The notes below the pieces were generated by a model. The model saw only the letters and a list, made by a program, of their open reading frames with translations. It had not been told where the DNA came from and ran no database searches. Of a stretch of DNA of 64,000 bases, positions 58,727-64,000 are shown one piece after another. Position 1 is the first letter of the stretch. Every line of letters starts with the position of its first letter. A program made the position numbers and the translations under genes. The DNA is taken from IMG/VR virus record IMGVR_UViG_3300017780_002571, positions 38,277-102,276 of that record. One strand, 5' to 3'. This stretch comes from a virus.

Positions 58727-59988
58727 TTCAAGCATCCTTGGTTTTTCACAAACCGTTGACCCGGTTTGCATGGGTATTCGCACAAGCTGTTCAGGCACCG
58801 TGCATCACGTTGTTCCTTGACTCCAGCCTTCACGTCAATGGTGACTCCCAGAACGATAGCGGCCCCAGTAAGTGCCATGACGACGAGGCAGGTAATCATC
58901 ACGCTCTGAAGCCAGTGCTTAATGCTGTCGATGTGCATGGTCATTCTCCCTTCGCTGGTATTGCAAACGCGGTGTCCTGACCCATACCTACCGCTGCCAT
59001 GTTCATGGGGGCGTTCAATCGGTCATAGGCGGCCAAGTCCTCTGGCCACTGCATGTCTCGCTCCATGTCCCGATACTCTTTCTGGGTCAGAGAGATTCGG
59101 CGGTCATGGGCTTTCTGGTTGCGGAGCACGTCAGCTTGCTGGTCCGTAAATTCCGAGAGTGACATATCAAACATGGATAACCTTTCTTGGTTGCGAACTG
59201 TCTGGCTAAACTGGCTCTCGCATCCTCCGCCTCGGAGCTAAGCCTCTACTACAGAGACCTAATGGGAAAGCCGTTTAGTCAGACCCCGTAGGGCCTAGCT
59301 ATTAGAAGTACTCCACTCGGGATGGGTCCGTATTCTTGAACCGTGCTTCATAGGGCGTGTTCTCAATCGTACCGTGAACATGCATCCCGGGAATCTGCCC
59401 CTTTGGCACCTCAATAGCCAGCAGGTACCGAAACCCTTTGTAGTTCTTGGAATCATGCAACACCTGCTCCAGCATCGCCATCTGGCCTTTGCGAATATCT
59501 GCCGAACAGGTGCTGCCCTTGAGGGATTCATTGACCATCTTTTTGAGGGTCTCCACTTGGAAGGTCTTGGTCATTTCATTGCCCTTTCTTGGCAGTGTTG
59601 AGGAATTAGGTCGGGGCTGGTTTCCCGGCCCCTTAGGAGTACTTCATTTCACCCTATGTATTAATTATAACAGGGTTTTTAGGTTTGTCAAATAAAGTTC
59701 TGAACTGTTTGCAATTAACTGCAATTATTTTTCAAACCGGAGGAGGTTATCCAAGGCCTTCTGGGCAGCGTGAAGACTGGGGCAGTCCACTTCCACAGTA
59801 AAAGAGGTGCCGAGGCCGGGAGTGCGGCGAGACACTGCAAACCTGCCTCCAGAGGGCACGATCACGTACTTGGGCAGGGCAGGCGCAGGGGTGAAGTCAA
59901 GGGCCACTTGCTGTAGCCCCATAGAGCCCCTAGGAGGCCCGTAGTGGGGCTTTGGAGGATTAACGTAGGGGGTAGTAGCCTTACGCAT
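58723..59988 (-). CDS. Four small hypothetical genes (58723-58944, 58941-59174, 59302-59574, 59725-59988)
   Basis: ORFs with RBSs or conserved leaders. Confidence 0.6.
59200..59284 (-). ncRNA. Candidate structured RNA (three-way junction)
   Basis: Long closing stem plus two internal hairpins fill the intergenic gap; G-U pairs favour the minus strand. Confidence 0.5.
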
Positions 59989-60000
59989 GAAACCTTCCTC

Positions 60001-60726
60001 CTAGGGCCGAGAATCGGAGGCCTCAGAAGACTTGGGATTTTCGAGAGGTGCGCCTTTGAAGATGTGGGAGAACCCTGCAGGTACGTGAATATCCAGCATC
60101 GTCTTGCTCACCTCAGTGAGGGAAATCAAAAGGCTGTCCATGTCGAACAGATCAGAGTCAAGGACCTCCTCATCCGCCTTTCGGGCGTAGGGGTTGGAGT
60201 TAGCCTTCTTGGGTGGCAGCTTCCCATGGAATATTTCTACACCAATAAACTTGCTGGCCTTAGACAGGCTCTGGTCCATGTGCTCCACCACAGCCAGTGC
60301 TCCATTCTTGTGCTCATACTCGGTACGCATGTCTTCCTTGCCCTCTATGCGTTGGCCCTTGGACTTGAACCCGTTCAAGGACAGCACCTGATGGATGTCC
60401 TCCTTCGCCTTGTTGAACTCCTCCTTGGACTTAGGGTTCACGTCCACGGTGTGAGACTTCATCCCCGTCACCAGCTTGTGATCCTTGTTGGGGCGAACCC
60501 CCAGTACGGAGGCTAAGCCTGCAGCTACCTTGCCTGAGTACCCTCCGCCCTTGTTCTCCCCCATGTGAGTCCCACGCACTCTCCGCAGGAAGCTGGCAAA
60601 CTTCGGCCCAGTGCTTACAAAGGCTGGCTTAGACGAATCAGTGAACCGTCCCACTTCATCATGAAACGGGTTGAACTTGGTGACTGGCTTGGCGACGGCG
60701 ACATTCTTGAAGACGTTTGAGTACAT
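60001..60726 (-). CDS. Putative capsid-internal protein
   Basis: VTKFNPFHDEVGRFT N-terminal motif; ARKAD followed by an acidic tail. Confidence 0.6.
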   Translation of the reverse strand: MYSNVFKNVAVAKPVTKFNPFHDEVGRFTDSSKPAFVSTGPKFASFLRRVRGTHMGENKGGGYSGKVAAGLASVLGVRPNKDHKLVTGMKSHTVDVNPKSKEEFNKAKEDIHQVLSLNGFKSKGQRIEGKEDMRTEYEHKNGALAVVEHMDQSLSKASKFIGVEIFHGKLPPKKANSNPYARKADEEVLDSDLFDMDSLLISLTEVSKTMLDIHVPAGFSHIFKGAPLENPKSSEASDSRP

Positions 60727-60735
60727 GATTGGTCC

Positions 60736-61914
60736 TTAAATTTGTAGTCCAGTTGCGGTAACTGGGGTCTTGCTGGTTTTTGATGGCTTGATGGGTTGGT
60801 TAGGGTACTGAGGCCCCGTGTCCTCCTCATCCCAATCCTCATCCTCAGGCTCATAGGCCTCCTCTAGGTCTTTGTTCCTTGGCAAGACGGTATTGGGGTC
60901 TCGTAGCATTCCAGAGTAGGCGGATGCCAAGTCGTCTAGGGAGTAGAAGTCTCCCTCTTGCGTGGAGGCATCAGCCTTGCGTACTGGCCCCACCATGATG
61001 GGAGGCCACACCTTCGGATTGATGTAGTCCTTGAAGGCTATGGCCGGGGTGTTGCCCAAATGCTTGGAGACTGCCACCGATACGGCCTTCTGTACCTTAG
61101 CCAGTTCGGCCTTGGTGGTGGGCACAGGGTACTTGGCCACCTCCATCTTTGCCACCGCAGTGCCGTTCCACGTGCGCAAGTCTTTGATCAGGAATTCCTT
61201 CCCGCTATTCCGCTTCAGGAAGGCCCCTGCAGAGGCCCCAGAGGACCTGAAGACCTTCTCGGAGTCCCCAAGGCTAGGCAGGCGGGTAGAGAGGTAGCTA
61301 GCCAGTTTGGCGTCCACCAGAGTCTTGGAGGTAACCTGCCCAGACTTCGATGGGAACTTGAACGTGATCTTGTTCCCGTCCAGAGACACGTGTTCCTTCT
61401 GCAGAGTGGAAGCGCCAAAGGCCTTGGTGTCGGCCTTCGTGTCCTTAGCGGACCCCGGCCTAAAGGCGGTACGGGAGATAAGGTAAACGGTAGCCGCATC
61501 GTCCCGCTCTCGGGCAGACTTGGTTGGGTCCATCATGGCCTTCACTGCAGCCCGTTGTACCTTGGAGACATGAGAGTCTAGACGCTCCACCCGCTCGTGC
61601 TTGACAGCATCAGAGTTGGCATGAAACTCCTTGGTGTAGACAGCAGTTGGGCGACCTTTCGCATCCACCCCGGACACAACCTTGGCATTGGACTGGACAT
61701 CAATAGAAACCTTGGTCCAGTTTGGAGGGATGGGTTGACTCAGGCTAGCCATCTTCCCCGTGACTTCTGGAGACAGGGCGGAGCCATCAGAGTTCACCCA
61801 CTTGCGGCCACTCAGGGTTAGGGGAATAGCCCTCCCAGAACTGAACCCATCAGCAGACGCAAATAGTCCCTTATCATCATGATGAAGGTTCATCTTCAGG
61901 ATTTTTAAGTACAT
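60736..61914 (-). CDS. DNA topoisomerase IB (bacterial/poxvirus type)
   Basis: IPPNW, GVDAKGR, FRPGS (R), FPSKSG (K), KDLRTWNGT (KxxR), LGNTPAIAFKDY (N, Y). Confidence 0.93.
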   Translation of the reverse strand: MYLKILKMNLHHDDKGLFASADGFSSGRAIPLTLSGRKWVNSDGSALSPEVTGKMASLSQPIPPNWTKVSIDVQSNAKVVSGVDAKGRPTAVYTKEFHANSDAVKHERVERLDSHVSKVQRAAVKAMMDPTKSARERDDAATVYLISRTAFRPGSAKDTKADTKAFGASTLQKEHVSLDGNKITFKFPSKSGQVTSKTLVDAKLASYLSTRLPSLGDSEKVFRSSGASAGAFLKRNSGKEFLIKDLRTWNGTAVAKMEVAKYPVPTTKAELAKVQKAVSVAVSKHLGNTPAIAFKDYINPKVWPPIMVGPVRKADASTQEGDFYSLDDLASAYSGMLRDPNTVLPRNKDLEEAYEPEDEDWDEEDTGPQYPNQPIKPSKTSKTPVTATGLQI

Positions 61915-61967
61915 AGCTTGGGTGGTAAATGTTGAACCCCCCAAGTGTACTACCTACCCAGAAAATA

Positions 61968-63752
61968 TCAATCGTTGCGCTCTGGCGGGACGTTCTCTGG
62001 GAGTAGCACTTTCACGTGCACGCGGCCCCCAACGTAATGCCAGTCATGTGGGTTCCCGGTACGCGCCGAAGCAGCAATGCAGTACGCCTCAGCCTCCTCT
62101 CTGGTGCAGTCTATGAAGCCTAGGCTGGTGCCGTACCGCATTACGTCAACATCACATTCGTCCTTGCTCATACCTTCACCTCACGAAGGTTGGTACCCAC
62201 GATGCATTTCAGCTCTCTCGCTAACCATATGCCGCCCACTGCGGTGCACTTAGCCCGACCCTCGCTTTGCATACTGAATGCAACGTATGCCACGGGAGCT
62301 GTGATCAGGAGTAGGACCACTAAACCCCACAGGATTTCTTGCTTCATACGTCCGCCTTCGGAGCCATCTGATTGATACGGATGTCGTACCAGTCGATCAC
62401 TGTACCTATGCGGGGCAGCTTGCCGTTTCCGTAGTCCTTGGCTTGGAAGATACGGCAGGTATGGAAGCACCCGTTCAAATCTTTCTTTGCCGCTTTTGGG
62501 TCCCGCGAATCGACAGGGCACAGCCACCCACTACGCAAGTACTTTGGAGCTATCCGGCCATGCTCTTCGAAGTCTTTGGGGAACAGGTGGTCTTGAGCAT
62601 CAGGCCATGCTTCCTTTGCCTCAGAGCACAGGCCCCATGTACAGGTTGTGGACTTATCCCCGGGAGTGGTGTCGTCCACGTGGCGCAGCTCGACCCCCTT
62701 GAGGATCAGACCACGAATGCGCTCAAGGGCTGCTAGGTATCGCTCTTTTGGTAGGTACAAACTCATGCTTTCGCTCCTATTTTTAAGTGTCCAGTTCTCA
62801 TCGAGCCTGCAACGTAAAGCTCGATACTGCATTCAAAGCCCTCCGCTATCAGCTCGTTTGCAGCTAATTGCATTGGGCCGTTGTTGCGTACACCACCCCA
62901 GTACACGCAGTGGTAGAGGGCATACGTGTCTAAGGCCCGGTAAACAGCGTCGTGCTTCAGAAGAAGCTCCCGGATCGCGGTCTTGGTTGGGTACCCACTA
63001 CGGGTAGATATTGGCATCTGTAATCCTTTAAGGCTTAACCACCAAGGAGGAAGGTGTCCGGTTAGATAATCCCACACTTACGGGCTTGTTCCAACATCTT
63101 CGCAGTGGTATTTGTGAGGTTGGCGGCTACGTGCGGCGCAATGCCCTCACTCGTTAACTGCTCGACCACCTCAGCCCGTAACGCGGCATCAGCGTTTTGA
63201 GTGGACGCGGCCAGTGCTGCGGCTTTTTTATCGGCTTGGATTTTGTGGTATTCCGCCTCCGTCACATAGCGCATACCTGCAGGGGCTGGGGGGCGGCGAG
63301 GGCGGCGGTGGTTCGAACCTAGCTGCCGATTGAGAGAGGTCAGCAGAGATAGAACTTGTTTGAGGCTTGGATCAATAGTAGTCATTTGAGGCCCTTTCTT
63401 GGCTGGGAGATTTCTCTCGATGAGTTATTATACCACGTTTTTAGGTTTGTACAATAACTCGATCATCCAAGTGCAATTAATTGCAATTATTTTTGGCCCA
63501 CGCTACAGCATCCTCAAACACCCTGAACCCCTCGCAGGGAGTACAGTTCCAAACGGTACCGCTATCGGTTTCATCCATCTGAAACACCCAGTACATCGGG
63601 TCCGACACTCCGGGGAGCCTAGAACCGATATCCGACAGCGACACCTCAAAATGGGCCTTGAATTTTCCATCCTTACCGCAGTCGATGGTGAAGGTTTCAG
63701 ATTTGAATTCCTGATTAACAAAAATAGTTCGGACTTGGGGGCTTTTTGACAT
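61968..63752 (-). CDS. Six small hypothetical genes (61968-62171, 62168-62347, 62344-62766, 62763-63017, 63062-63385, 63477-63752)
   Basis: Coupled or promoter-led ORFs; 62344-62766 is Cys-rich. Confidence 0.6.
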
Positions 63753-63864
63753 TTTGACCCTTTCATGGTCTTTGAGTACTGGAAACTACTCCAGCGCCTG
63801 TATTATAGCACGCTGGATAGTTTGTCCAATAGCCCCCATGCAATTAGCTGCAATACTTTTTGGG

Positions 63865-64000
63865 CTAACGAATAACTACCCAGCCTATGAACTCCCCGAA
63901 CCGGAACATGACCTCTGCGTGAGTGGCGCACATAAAGGTCGCAGGCAAGGGCCTCTGAACCCCTTCCAACGATAGCTCTTTCTTGATGATGTTATCGGAG
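63865..64000 (-). CDS. 3' end of a gene entering from beyond the window
   Basis: Open frame SDNIIKKELSL...FIGWVVIR ending in TAG. Confidence 0.4.
   Translation of the reverse strand, partial: SDNIIKKELSLEGVQRPLPATFMCATHAEVMFRFGEFIGWVVIR

Larger units (their letters stand above)
39351..63403 (-). repeat. Conserved 13-nt leader/RBS GCCAAGAAAGGGC
   Basis: Exact copies at 39351, 50504, 52568, 59581, 63391, each 4-9 nt before a start codon; variants near 34347, 43486, 59180, 63757. Confidence 0.9.
34367..63829 (-). promoter_or_regulatory. Family of ~11 sigma70-like early/middle promoters
   Basis: TTGACA/TTGTAC/TTGTCA-like -35 followed by AAC and a TATAAT/TACAAT -10 at 34367-34394, 36204-36230, 39382-39412, 43521-43550, 46074-46101, 50544-50574, 52607-52637, 56733-56760, 59664-59691, 63427-63454, 63802-63829; spacers vary (15-19 bp). 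Confidence 0.75.
5477..63852. repeat. Dispersed 14-bp palindrome TGCARTTAAYTGCA, ~19 copies
   Basis: Consensus matches start at 5477, 21787, 34762, 38098, 41870, 46005, 52647, 56793, 59710, 63472; one mismatch at 9746, 14930, 17831, 26184, 28322, 62859, 63839; two mismatches at 41070, 48612. Confidence 0.95.

Noticed and set aside
60736-61914. Tyrosine integrase
   Set aside because: Motifs (GVDAKGR, KDLRTW, LGNTP...Y) match topoisomerase IB; no att site or repressor was seen.
63300-63330. GGTTCGAACC resembling a tRNA T-loop
   Set aside because: It lies inside a CDS, and no cloverleaf can be formed.
5477-63852. CRISPR array or insertion-sequence ends as an explanation for the repeats
   Set aside because: Copies are 14 bp, kilobases apart and in frame within intact genes; there are no spacers, transposase or target duplications.
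1-64000. Plus-strand ORFs in the track (e.g. 23716-24804, 21185-22054, 42359-43144)
   Set aside because: They are antisense shadows of well-supported minus-strand genes, with no recognisable motifs.

Overview
The whole window is part of a tailed dsDNA phage genome (siphovirus-type, GC-rich). Essentially every credible gene is on the minus strand, many coupled by TAATG/ATGA overlaps. In transcription order (right to left): (i) ~64-43.5 kb, many small early/accessory genes behind repeated sigma70-like promoter-leader cassettes, including a type IB topoisomerase; (ii) ~43.5-30.5 kb, DNA ligase, ThyX, a MazG-like pyrophosphatase, dNMP kinase, an unusual cluster (PPDK-derived dikinase without its pyruvate domain, CsrA-like protein, two CX5R phosphatases, an uncharacterised YGGxxW/HNNG protein) and a family A DNA polymerase; (iii) ~30.5-0 kb, head genes (portal, MuF with GNAT-like extension, XkdF protease, scaffold, capsid), neck, tail tube, chaperones with a -1 frameshift, tape measure, a GTA-like tail tip, a glycosyltransferase and fibre-like proteins. 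No terminase, helicase, lysis genes, integrase, tRNA or CRISPR array were recognised. The most striking non-coding signal is a 14-bp palindrome, TGCARTTAAYTGCA, in about 19 copies spaced fairly evenly (~2-6 kb) across the window, both inside genes and beside promoters. All functional calls come from motif recognition by eye; no database searches were run.
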